Assembly: GCA_964255285.1 (NCBI GenBank)
Contig: CAXUUL010000102.1
Span: 1-32,571 of the forward strand
Direction of reading: 5' to 3'
Source of the DNA: Ionaspis alba
Taxonomy: Eukaryota
Length of the DNA stretch: 32,571 nucleotides
Shown: positions 1 through 11,363 of the stretch, in pieces
Numbering within the stretch: the first letter of the stretch is position 1
How the letters are laid out: the number at the start of each line of letters is the position of its first letter
The notes under the pieces: model-generated
The model's input: the letters and a program-made list of their open reading frames with translations, nothing else
Database searches by the model: none
What the model was told of the DNA's origin: nothing
Translations under genes and position numbers: made by a program

Positions 1-627
1 CCGGGGGCAGACACACGGAACACACGGACCCCACCCCTGGAAGCGAGAACACTGGAACTTTGACATCACGTGTGTCTAATCTAAATTCCGAGTAAGACGA
101 TCATTGGATCACCGGCAGGTATCAACCGATCGACGAATCCAGATTGGAACATGATGACAGTCACGTTAGACTACTCTCAGAAGTTCCTGTGCGAAGAGGC
201 GCTAGACACCTCCAGGGAATCGCAGTTTCTCTATACAAGTATAGTCTATATCATAGAACATGGCAAGAAGTCTGGCGACACTTTCTCTTCTAGATGATAA
301 AGTTGTGGCACATCTTGCCAGCTCTTGAATCTACCTAACCGGGATGTTATAGTGATGGACTCGACTAGCTGTTCCGGTGGTTAGAGGTCTGAGCAGAACA
401 GAAATGCCATAAGGCGACCCGCAACTTGCAGTCTAAAATATCTTTGGTGATCTCGTGCCTCCGTCCAAGATCTGATTAAAGTGCTGGCTACATCGTAACT
501 CATCTGGCGACCCAGCAGCCGTGCTATTGGCCTTTGGTGGCATGGACGAGCATGAGGCCTGCGTTGAGGCAAGGTGACTGCCATTATCATGGCTATTGTG
601 GACCTGCAGCGGGATCATTCATCCTGA

Positions 628-1632
628 CTAGGCAGCAAACATCCTTGGTAGATAAGCTCTGGCATTTTCATATACCAGGAACGTAACACAATTGCTAGGC
701 ACAACCCGGAGCAGGTTGGGTCCCAGACCTTTGTAGAAGCCCGGCATGCCCTCTTTCGTCCATATCTGACGTACCACATCTCTTGCACTCCTGTAAGTCT
801 TTTCGGCGTCATATGTTTGTAACCTGGCACGGATGACTTGATAAGGGTATGTCGCGCTTCCAGCGATTATCTTGCTCAAAGCACTGTAGGTCAAAAAGTC
901 CATATTACTCAGTCCCTTGTCTGGTATTTTCATACTGGCTCTTCGGTACTTCTTCATCTGTTCGTAGGCCATGAACTGGAGGGCTCCGTGCGAAACCCCA
1001 AACAAGGACGGCACCAACCCGCGATAGAATCCCCATATACCATCTGCACGGTAGATGCGCTGCGTGCCATCGAACATTGAGGTGTATGCACCAGTATGGC
1101 CTGAGGAAGTAGATAGCATTCGCGTCTTGATGACCCAGATAGGATTTGTCATGAAAGCAGTCAACACTCCTACATTTTTCGTGTCAGGAATCAGTAACGC
1201 TTCGTGGTAGATCAAAGAGCCTACCAGCAGTCCCAGAAGCCAGAAAGTAGTCGTAATATGACAATGTCGACTCTTCCCCATGTCGTTCGGAAAGCCATTG
1301 TTTCACCTTTCCATACCACAAAAAGTAGAGCGCCCAGCTCACAGAGTTTCCGATTAGGTTGGGAGCAAGGCCTCGATAGAAGGCGGGCAAACCTCCTTCG
1401 TTTCGAAGTACATGCTGTGCGATACGAAGGGAAGCGCCCAGTCGAGTTGAGGATGTTCGGTCGACTGAGCAACTGTCAATTGAAGGAACGACAAATTAAA
1501 AGATCAAGACTGACCTTGAAGGCGTGTCTTCAATAGATCGAGAGGATGTACCACAACAGTGGTGGCTACTCCGGCGGTAAAGCCAGCGATGGTTTCGACA
1601 AGTGGTTGGGGAAGCGTACGGTTCTGGTTCAT
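628..1632 (-). CDS. FLX1: Mitochondrial carrier, FAD/folate transporter (Flx1/SLC25A32-like); 3 exons
   Basis: Spliced ORF MNQNRTLPQPLVETIAGFTAGVATTVVVHPLDLLKTRLQ|VDRTSS...FYRGLAPNLIGNSVSWALYF...|NPIWVIKTRMLST...YPYQVIRARLQ...KGLGPNLLRVVPSNCVTFLVYE. It has three PX[DE]XX[KR] carrier repeats, with the NPIWVIKTR variant typical of the FAD/folate subfamily. Two GT-AG introns. Confidence 0.88.
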
Positions 1633-2728
1633 CTTGCATCGAAAATTATAGCTGGGCCCAAGGATTCCTACAAGACCCGGCTCAAACGCACTACTACGCC
1701 ATACATTTCCTGGATGACCACATCGCGGCTGCACATTCATAATAAGGACTATCTCAATGATGAAAAGTTTTACTGCCTTAGAATTGTTGTGACATTCATG
1801 TAGAAGCTCGCCTGATCTAAGGCAAAACTATTTCAGGTGAAAGGCTGGGTAGGCATGCTCATACCCTTCACATTATCCGGCTCGGTCGCTATTCCCCCTG
1901 TATATAAATCTTATACAAATCTCTGTTCGCCAATACGATGTTTTTGCGGTGCCTTCCCACATCCAATTGAAATTCCCTTCGTCCAGACTGCCCATGATCA
2001 GAGAGGAGTGTTTGTACAGTAGAAGCTGTGGTGGTTGATAAAGCCGATTTTTCATGCCAGAGGTGAGAAGAGCCTGAGTGAGATAAGCACATGTATTTCA
2101 CATCCGAGGGAGAGCGCTCTTTTACCGTATGAAGGACGGTTTCGGATCACTGCGTGTATATCCTAAGGGACAAATCAATCCTCGTTCTAGCACTCTTAGA
2201 AGAACACTTACCGAGATAAATGATCAAGGGCAAGTAGCCACTGAGTCGGTCAGCACTGCCACTGTTCGGCGCTCATAGCTATGATACGCACTAATGAATG
2301 GCGACCCGTGATACATCGATGACTTTGGTGATGCGCTCCTGCGAAGAAGGTTAGTGTTGATGATGTAACAGCATGGGGACTCTTGCCTTGGATTCTTCAG
2401 AGAGCTGAAACATGACTGGAGATGTCTACCGTGAAGATTTCGTAATCTCGAGGAACACAGCTAGATGGAGTTGGCAAGGTAGATGGAGCTCGAATTGCTC
2501 TGGAAAATCTGCCAATCCCTAGGAAGATATTCATTTTTAGTCGTGCTGGCACCCCTGTCAGCAATGACGCTAGAGCTTTTGATCTGTTTTGGCTTCAGCC
2601 CTGTCCATCAGATATATTCGGCGTGGAGGATGTTACATAGCACATGCTCGTTCATAAGTGATCCTTGTCTACCACAGTGCCGATCGTTTCTGTTCATGAG
2701 CTGAAATCTGTCTGCGAGAGCCGTTGCA

Positions 2729-3837
2729 ATGTCAGGCGCGAGACACTGGTAGGATATCTGTCCTGGGATAGGTTCATGGCTGACGCACCATAGGGAACAA
2801 GACAAAGAGGCAACGGTCTATATTGGAAATCTTGACGAACGAGTCTCAGACAGCCTGGTATGGGAATTGATGCTCCAAGCTGGTCGCATCGTCAACGTGC
2901 ACCTTCCAAAAGACCGGGTCACTCAGACGCATCAAGGCTATGGCTTCGTGGAATTTATCAGCGAGGAGGATGCCGAGTACGCTGCGAGAATCATGAACCA
3001 AGTCAGGCTGTACGGCAAGCCGATTAGGGTGAACAAAGCTTCAGCAGATAAGCAGAAGACTGTGGAAGTGGGCGCAGAACTGTTCATTGGAAACCTTGAC
3101 CCTATGGTCTCTGAGCAGACGCTGTACGATACCTTCAGTCGTTTTGGGAGCCTTATAGCTGCACCAAAGGTATGGACTGTGATTTCCCATAGTCCTGATC
3201 CTCCTTGCTAAGCGCTCCTCAGGTTGCGCGCGACGATGCCAATTTATCCAAGGGTTACGGATTCGTCTCCTTCTCCAACTTTGATGCCTCGGATGAAGCG
3301 ATAGCGAATCTCAACGGCCAATACTTGATGAACAAGGAGATATCTGTCCAGTACGCGTACAAAAAAGACGGGAAGGGAGAGCGTCATGGTGACCAAGCGG
3401 AGAGGACTCTAGATGCCCAAGCGAGGAAGCACAACGTCCAACCTATCACCCAACCCCTACCAGCCGGCCTCTTCTCGGGTGGAGCGCCTAGCGGTCCGGC
3501 TGCTATGATGGACCCAGAAGTTGCTCGCATGATGGCGAGTACCCCCACTACACCTGGAATGTTTATGGGTGGTAGAGCAGGGCCACCGGTGGGAAGCTAC
3601 CAGAATATGCCCTCATCTCAGCCACAACGACCTCCTCCACCGTCCCAGCCTTTGCCAGCACCGCCGTCGGGGTTGCCGGCACGGCCTCCTCCATCTCAAG
3701 CTGGGTACGGTGGACCACAAGGTTTTCTGCCACCAGGCTTCAATCCTCCTCAACCCCCTAGCTTTGGTCCCCCACCTGGCGCTGCACCAGGACTTCCACC
3801 CGGCTTTCAGCCCGCCCCATTCGTGAGAAATAGGTGA
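2729..3837 (+). CDS. HSH49: Splicing factor 3b subunit 4 (two RRMs plus Pro/Gly-rich tail); 3 exons
   Basis: [61 protein letters not shown]...[21 protein letters not shown], the diagnostic SF3B4/Hsh49 sequence. Confidence 0.96.
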
Positions 3838-4238
3838 TAACATCTATGCATGCAACGAGTATATTGTGGCTCGAAGGAATCATGATGTTGATGGGAGGCT
3901 GGAGACAAGATGACAATCGAACCAAGGTGAGTCGCAAGATATGACAGGGACCAAGTTCCTTAAATGACCCTCATGTCTGCCAGACCTAGATAACGAACAT
4001 TAAACTCGGGTCCACGCTCCGGTAATGGGCCAGATGTGGATTGTGTACGGTCTATGCTTGATTGGTCAAGATCAGAATCTGGACGTTGGACTTAGGCACA
4101 AAGGGAAAGATCGTAGCCCAATTTAATAAACGCTCCTCAGGTAACATCATTCTATGTGTGAAAGGTGTAACCCAACATATGAAGACACGCCAAGCCGGCT
4201 CCGTGACCTGGGAAACCTCCAACACCTTCGCTGACAGC

Positions 4239-4660
4239 TCAAGAAAACGATACGAATTTGGGGTCTCGCGGCCTCCCATCGGGCCCAATATTGTTCTTCG
4301 CGAATCTCTTCTCTGTGTATATCCTCCTCGCTTCATCAAAGCCAACCTTCTTGCTACGCATGATCTTCCTCACCTCCCTCTTCCCTTGTTCATCGAGTCC
4401 CGAACGCGAATCACCAGAGCCCACATTAGCTGCAAGATCGAAGTCCCCGGACGTAAAGCCTTCTTCTATGTCGTTCGCGAAAGAAGATGGAAGTCGGCGA
4501 TAGATGTAGTCAGGGATCGGGATATGATGCATCCAGCGGTCTCGAGTGAAGAAAAGAACTGGTTCCGTTAGCATGAGTAACACGATACGTGGAGTAGACG
4601 CATACTCGTGGCGAGGATTAGAAAGCAGAAGGAAGTCGTATAGAGTAGATAACCGGCCAT
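4239..4660 (-). CDS. DUF2015/UPF0357 small fungal membrane-anchored protein; 2 exons
   Basis: MAGYLLYTTSFCFLILAT|ILFFTRDRW...SFANDIEEGFTSGDFDLAANVGSGDSRSGLDEQGKREV...FDEAR...NNIGPDGRPRDPKFVSFS. The C-terminus matches the DUF2015 family as I recall it. The intron is GTATGC...GCTAAC...CAG. Confidence 0.85.
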
Positions 4661-4986
4661 ATTCTTTGTACGTTGATATGAACTTAGTTCGAAGGCTGAG
4701 AGGTAGTGCAGAAACCTCAAGTAGGAAGACGTGAAGCTGACAGTCTCACTAGAAGCACGACATGCTGGCTGGCTGTAGAAGCATAAAACAGTCGTGGTTA
4801 GGATTGCGTCGCAAGCGTTGCATGAGTCGGCCGTTAGAGGCTCTCCGAGGTTCCGTCGTCAGCTTGTTTCGCTAACGATCCCCGCTAGCGCAAGCGCAGC
4901 AAATGCACGAGCCACACTCCAGGGTTTAGAGTCGTCCCACAATGTGGAATTGAGCTCAATTTCACGAATTATAGCATACAACAACT

Positions 4987-5704
4987 ATGCCGGAAAACGC
5001 TCCAAGCTCGAATGTCTCTGCCGACCTCATCTGGGAGATTGCACGTATGTAGTTCCCTCTACTCGATTAGAGGTGATATTCATGATAGTGGCAGGAACGA
5101 ACAACTCCTACCTGGTGAAGCGACGAAGCGGTGGAGGAGCACAATTTTCTCGAGATCCCCTCAATCTTGTGAACAAACATTCGCGGAAGGTTTGAGGTGT
5201 AGTATCAACCTCCTTGCACGGGTTTGCTAACAGACTTCTATAGCATGCCGGGTTTCTCAACGACAAGGTTCGTCAAATCCTGTCAAGTGTCCTCCTAATA
5301 TACAATTGACCGATACTGATGTGGATCTACTCATTAAGGCAGTCGGTATCCACGCTGGCGAGCGAGGTGCCATCATTGTGAAGACCAAGAAAACCAAAAA
5401 CCAAAATCGTCCAGCAGCATATGGAAGTGAGACTTCATTCGCGGGACACAAGTCTGGGCCGAAGTCAGTCCATTGACATCCACCCTGTCGATGTGAATCT
5501 GAGGCTAATCTTCCAATATATAGAATCTACAAGAACATCATCAACCAAACCGCAAAGCAAGGGTACCGTCCAGATCTTCGACAAGCAGCTGTGGCTCGCG
5601 CGAGCGCCTTACGTCAAGCCTCACGGCCAGTGAAAGACACACCGGAGAGGAAACCTCGAGGAGCAAAAGCTAAGAAGGCTGCGGCTGCGGACAAGGAGTC
5701 ATAG
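4987..5704 (+). CDS. RPL28: 60S ribosomal protein eL28 (L28e); 5 exons
   Basis: MPENAPSSNVSADLIWEIAR|TNNSYLVKRRSGGGAQFSRDPLNLVNKHSRK|HAGFLNDK|AVGIHAG...|IYKNIINQTAKQGYRPDLRQAAVARASAL. These are L28e hallmarks (metazoan nomenclature, not yeast RPL28/uL15). Confidence 0.93.
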
Positions 5705-6277
5705 GTCCAATGAGTTGATAATAATAGCTACCGTGGCATAGATATCAAGGATCTGTTTGTCGATCGATCGACCGAAGCTATACTCTTTCAGACACTGAAT
5801 CTAGCATTGGTGTCATTGGCATGAGTAGAATTGCAGGAACTCAGTCGGATGCTGTGATCGATTGCATTCTTCCGTACCCTGAGTATCTGAAAGGGATAGT
5901 GTCTCAGCAGCAGCAATTTTTATGGTATTGCAAGGCCACTTGGGCCACTTCCTGTGAAGAGACACACACATCCAAGCCACAAAAGAGAGTATACATTTTG
6001 GTGTCATGTGATTTTGAGCCAGTAAAACAAGCGGAAATGAGTTTATTTTCGACCAATAGCTCGCTCCTTCCCCTACCCCGCCAACTGCATTTTCTCGCAA
6101 CGGGCAAATGGTGGGGTGGATGTTTCGGCTCTTCACAAGCGCACCATCACCGCAAGTTGTGCAGAGCATTTCACAACGAACACCAACCTCAATCCTAAAA
6201 ACCTCATCTCAATACCTGACCTCACCACAAGACAATCACCTTAGCATCTCCATTGAGTTCTTTAGACAGACACAATC

Positions 6278-7664
6278 ATGGTCAAAGCTGGTAAGAGGAT
6301 CTGAATGAGTGAGTATGGGAGTAATTTTTGAATTGACAACCGTTCTAGTCGTTCTTGGAGCTGCCGGTGGCATAGGCCAGGTGAGCTTACCAGACCATTG
6401 GCAAATGTCATGTAGCTAATGGAGACTTGTTTAGCCACTCGCGCTTCTGCTGAAAGCTTGCCCCATCGTCGACGAGCTGTCCCTCTACGATGTTGTCAAC
6501 ACTCCGGGTGTGACGGCAGACCTATCTCACATCTCGTCTGTGGCTGTATGGACTCATCAATCTTCATCAGTGCGCCCATAAGCTGATGTAACGCAGAAAA
6601 TCACGGGCTACCTGCCCAAAGACGATGGATTGAAGCACGCTTTGACCGGCGCCGATGTGATCCTCATTCCAGCAGGCATACCTCGTACGTATCTGCTACT
6701 GTTTTGGCGATGATCTGAATCCTCACCACTGGCCTAGGCAAGCCCGGCATGACCCGTGATGACCTTTTCAAGATCAATGCTGGTATTGTCAAGACTCTGG
6801 TTGAGGGTATTGCAGAGTATAGTCCCAAGGCCTTCATCCTCGTCATTTCCAATCCGGTCAACTCTACCGTTCCTATAGCAGCAGAGGTCATGAAGAAAGC
6901 TGGGGTTTTTGACCCGAAGCGTCTCTTCGGCGTTACGACCCTCGACGTTGTTCGTGCCGAGACTTTTGTCCAAGATATCACAGGGGAGAAAGATCCAGCA
7001 AAGACAGTCATTCCTGTGGTTGGTGGGCATTCTGGGGAAACAATCGTTCCCCTGTTCAGTATGGCAAAGCCTCCTGTGAAGATCCCGGAAGACAAACTTG
7101 ACGCTCTAGTCAACCGTACGTGTCTGGGAACATTCGTTATACGCAAGTGAAGCTGATGATTAGGACAGGTGTCCAGTTCGGTGGTGATGAGGTGGTCAAG
7201 GCCAAAGATGGCGCAGGCTCTGCAACACTATCAATGGCATATGCTGGATTCCGGTAAGAGCCTCATCATACTTCGTTTGATGAAGATTTTGAAGGCTGCT
7301 AACCGGGTGGTGGTACAGCTTCGCGGAGAAAATCATCAAAGCAATGAAGGGCGAAAAGGGAATCGTTGAACCGACATTCGTCTACCTGCCAGGTGTGTCT
7401 GGTGGTGATGCCATTGCGAAGGAAACCGGTGTCGATTACTTCTCTGTACCAGTTGAGCTAGGAGTATGCCATTCTAACCTTCGTTGCTCAATCCTTCGCT
7501 CTATGCTAACCGTTCTAAAGCCATCTGGTGCCGAGTCGGCCAACAATCCTCTGCCACACGTAAACGAGTACGAGAAGAAGCTCCTGAGTGCCTGCACCGC
7601 AGGTTTGAAGGGGAACATCGAGAAGGGCATTGAATTTGTCCACAACCCACCACCACCAAAGTGA
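6278..7664 (+). CDS. MDH: NAD-dependent malate dehydrogenase, non-mitochondrial (cytosolic/peroxisomal) type; multi-exon
   Basis: [22 protein letters not shown]...[19 protein letters not shown]...[15 protein letters not shown]...[15 protein letters not shown]...[12 protein letters not shown]...[23 protein letters not shown]...HNPPPPK*. No N-terminal presequence: there is an in-frame TAG at 6263-6265. Confidence 0.96.
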
Positions 7665-7828
7665 ATTACCCAGCCGGTCTCACCCCTGTTGGTCTCAATT
7701 CTCCTGAAAAGCATGAATTTGACCTGTGGTCTTCAAATTCGTCCATTCCCTTTCCAAAAGCAATAGAGTGAGATTCCGATAATGGTCGAGCCTGTGACTG
7801 ATCGGTGGCGTCTCTAGGTAGACTTTGA
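7661..7828 (+). other. Cryptic terminal intron of MDH with tandem 3' acceptors; the alternative last exon encodes PTS1 (-PKL*)
   Basis: Donor AA|GTGAAT at 7661, branch point GACTGAT at 7796-7802, acceptors TAG 7815-7817 and TAG 7819-7821. The distal splice gives AAA CTT TGA (K-L-stop at 7826-7828). Confidence 0.78.
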
Positions 7829-8043
7829 GCCTGTGTGTCCAGCGGAAATGCAGATATGGAGGTGCATAAGTTGGCCACGTGTATCTAGCAGTCCCATAAA
7901 CAATGCAAGCTCTATGTTGCAATTACCATCTCCCAGTGCAGCCTTTCTAGCCCTTCAGGACATATTTGTAGCAGAGTTTGTGATCGCTTCGTACACTTTG
8001 AGATGTGCTCGGCGCCTTCTAGGTTCCATGGCGTTCCTTTCAT

Positions 8044-8870
8044 TCATGGTTTGGCCGTAACGGTCTTGATTTGAAATGTAGCCCCTGGTAGCTCTGAAGA
8101 CTCAGCCAGGACGGTAGCATCGATGCCCATGCTAGCAAGAGCTCCACGTATGACACCAGAAGGAAACCACAGGAACTAGGAACTCCATCAGTATCTGCTA
8201 CTGTACTGAAAAGAAATTCAACGTACTGGCTGAGCGCGTGTAACAGCTTCTGATGAGGACTGCATGCTCATGCGTGAGAAAGGCTTGAAGCTGTTGTCGG
8301 TGAGAACATAAACACCCTTAAATGAGATTGGCCATTAGTATTTTGCTTCAGTCTCTTGCCCCCGCTAGGATAGAATGGAGCTCTCGTACCCGATGATTTG
8401 TCTTGAGATTATCAATCTGTTTTCGGAATAAAAGCGTCCACATGTCCTTGCATAGAAATTTGATCACATCCAAGGTGTCCATGAACCTGGGCCGATCTCT
8501 TGAGAATCTACAGAAGTCAGCAACGAATTCGAATGCCCGACCATCGCATAGAGATTGCGTCTTCCCAGCTCCCTCACCGATCATCACGATGGGTGGGGCT
8601 GGAGCGCCTGCCGTACGAGGGTCCTCACCTCTCCACCAGACCCTGTCCGACCCGGTATCCCATTGTTTCAAGCCTCCGGAAAGCTGCTTCCCTTTGCTCT
8701 TCCTCGTCTATCTGTCTCGCTCCTCCCTCAGAGCGGATCGAGAGCTCGCCTGCAAGCCGCGTAGCCATGGGGACGAGTTCGATGAGGAGAAGGTCCATAC
8801 AGGACGCGCTGAGGAACGTGGCATAAGGATCCGACGCATTGTAGGGAGGCAGTGGAGAATCGAAAGACAT
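8044..8870 (-). CDS. TRS33: TRAPP complex subunit Trs33 (Bet3 family); 4 exons
   Basis: MSFDSPLPP...[14 protein letters not shown]...[64 protein letters not shown]...|[18 protein letters not shown]...ATFQIKT. Confidence 0.93.
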
Positions 8871-9295
8871 GATGGAGGTCGAATAGATCAATTATTTGCA
8901 ATACAGTGCATGATTACACGTTATCAAGCCATCCGCGTCAATCCTCAGCAGAATTATTGTCTGCGCACAGGTGTCAAAATCATAAAATTGTGGAGAGGTT
9001 ATTCATTGATTGCTCGGCAATAGCCCAAAATCGTCGAGTTCGATGGAATATCTAGTCTAGCTTTACAAGCACCTAGGGTATGTAGTGCACTAAAATTTCA
9101 CAGCTCTTTGAGCTTCCGTGACGCCGTTGCCTTTCCCACCGGACGCCGCGCTTGTCATATTAAAATCGTCATTGTGGAAATCCGATATCATGCCTAATGC
9201 TCCCGTACGCCATCTGGTGCAAGGCCATGGCCCGACAATTAGATGCTCCCTCATTGTAAGGAGCAGTGAACATGAAATATCGAAGGTCATAGCTA

Positions 9296-11363
9296 TCACC
9301 GGCCACCAGGGTAGTCCGATGAGCCCAGTGACCTTTCAAGAACGGACTTTGATAGAGCGGTATAGGGTAGTCCCTCAGATCGTGGGAAGGAACTACCAAA
9401 ACTCGGCGAGGCATAAGAATGTGGATTGGAGTTGGCGGAAGCTTGGGTGACCTGCCGTTTCGGGCCTCGGATAGGCTGGTCGTCTTCATCGCTGCTGTAT
9501 GTAAGATCAATGACATTGCCAATGGGTCGTTTGCTTGAGGAGCGTGGTGCCGAACTCGTGGACGCTTCCCGTGATGAAAGAGGTGATGTTCTGGACATTG
9601 ATGCTGGAGTTGGGAGGGCTTCATCCTTGATCGCGACCAGCCGTGGTTCTTGTATTTCGATCAGTTCGTAATCATCGTCACTACTGGACTGTGCCCCGCT
9701 CGTTCGAGTCGGAGTCTCATTTTGCGAGATTGGTGCCCACTTCCCGTTGGGCTCTATTGTCACTTGTTCGACCGATCGAGGTACGGACCTCAATATGTCA
9801 TTCACATACCTAGCACGGTCAGAGGTCTTCGAACGCAGATAGATAACATGACTTACTGATCGATCTGTAGAGCTTCGAACGAAACCACCTTATTGCAGAC
9901 TGGGCAAGTCCAAGTAGGCGCTTGTTCTTGCAATTGAAGAAAAGAGAGTGCGTCGAAGCACTGGTTGTGCGTACAGATGGTAGATCGGCACGGTGTATCA
10001 ATCCGTAAAGTTGACAAGGGGCACTTGAGAGACATTATGGAAGACGTGGCCACGATGTCGCTATCTTGAGCTTTACTGACCACTGCGGGCGATTTCAGTC
10101 AGCTACAATGACAGGTAACCCATATTATATGAGGCGCGCATACTTTCTCGAATGACTTGCTCCTTTGAGATAGATTTCCCGCTGCGAAGCTTATCGACTA
10201 GGGTCTCAGGGGGAATCTGTATGGCGAGGTTGACGACCATGAAGAACTTCTGCAGTACGAATCAGTATCTTGGGAAAGGAAATCATTGAGCATATAGTGC
10301 CCATTCGAGAGGAAAAGAACGCTTAGCAGCACTTAAAAAGAGCAGGTGTACGTTACTTTATTGGTCAACGCATATGTCACCGTCATACTGTTCTCATAGC
10401 CCGCACGTTTGCGGAGAAGATTTGTAATATCAGCTGGTCTTGTTGAGCCCGGTTTGTTCTTGAGGCCGCGCAGCAAGTTCGATTTGATTTCGTCTTGGTT
10501 GACCCTTATCTCGACTTGATGGGGAAATGCTATATCGACCTTGCTGAATGGAGAGATGGGCTCGGCGGCGCAGTAGATGAGGATCTTCAATGAAGGATTT
10601 CGGCTTATCCTATCTACTACGTCTGCTTTGAGGACTATCTTGCACTCCAGCTGATCTCGAGTCTGTTCTCGTACTGCGATGTGTAGGTCAACTATTGAAC
10701 CCGAGAGTAGATGAGTACAAGGCTTTCTGGAAACCTTGAGCCCTAAATACCTTTACACTCCATGACAGACGTCAAAGGCTGAACTATTGTGTAGAACGGG
10801 CTATCTTTGAAGTTCAGGCGGACTATGTGTCGGTCAGTGGAGATCGTTGTGGTGATACTCGAGAATGTCCCCTTGCTGACCTTGAGAATACGCTGTTGAG
10901 GGCATGTTGTAGAGACCAGGTGACCGGGCAGAGCTGAGATGCACATTCGCTTGAGGTTGGGGATGAGGAAGGGTGGTATTGGTGGACGAGTTTCCGCTGT
11001 ACGATGTTCCATGCTTGTAGACCGAGTCCTTAATTCGACCGAAGCCGGCTAGGTCACCATTTCGAATGGTAGTATCTATATCTGTTCCCAGAAGAATCGT
11101 ATCAGCCTATGAAACGCGCACATGTAATAACTTATGTGCAGCCAGCTAGGCGATATTGTAGGTTCTGAGGAAACTCCAACATCGGAGTTGGATTGCTAGA
11201 GCAGCTTACGCTTGAGTATTCGCTCTTGCAAGACTGCCTTCGGGCCGGAGAGAGTCAGATGCTCATCTCTGAGGGTGTCCTTCAAGTAGTTGTTGGTCAA
11301 GGTCTTGACCTTCGCTATCAAGGCGCGTGCGACGGTGGGATCGACGAGCCCATTGGAAGCCAT
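9296..11363 (-). CDS. SIZ1: PIAS/Siz-type SUMO E3 ligase (SAP-like, PINIT, SP-RING/MIZ zinc finger, SIM); multi-exon
   Basis: SP-RING: SLKCPLSTLRIDTPCRSTICTHNQCFDALSFLQLQEQAPTWTCPVCNK. PINIT-like: FPHQVEIRVN...GLKNKPGSTRPADIT. SIM: VIDLTYSSDEDD. Exon 1 is MASNGLVD...LSGPKAVLQERIL. Paralog assignment (Siz1/Pli1) is approximate. Confidence 0.88.

Noticed and set aside
1..627. Short ORFs, an ACACACGGA tandem duplication and a CACGTG E-box at the window start
   Set aside because: No recognisable protein; it looks like ordinary intergenic or promoter DNA for a gene outside the window.
1837..1871. Hairpin GTGAA..GGGTA...TACCC-TTCAC upstream of FLX1
   Set aside because: It has only two 5-bp stems, no H/ACA boxes or riboswitch features, and is compatible with chance.
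2355..2412. TGATGA...CTGA with a short TGTT/AACA stem in the FLX1-HSH49 intergenic region
   Set aside because: It is too short (about 55 nt) and has no convincing rRNA or snRNA guide upstream of the D box.
7662..7700. Stop-codon readthrough as the route to MDH PTS1
   Set aside because: The context is TGA ATT rather than the TGA CTA readthrough motif. The splice route explains the PTS1 directly.
8403..9023. 206-aa plus-strand ORF and other long antisense ORFs (e.g. 4062-4571, 6664-7146, 19949-20428)
   Set aside because: These are shadow ORFs antisense to well-supported genes, with no recognisable motifs.
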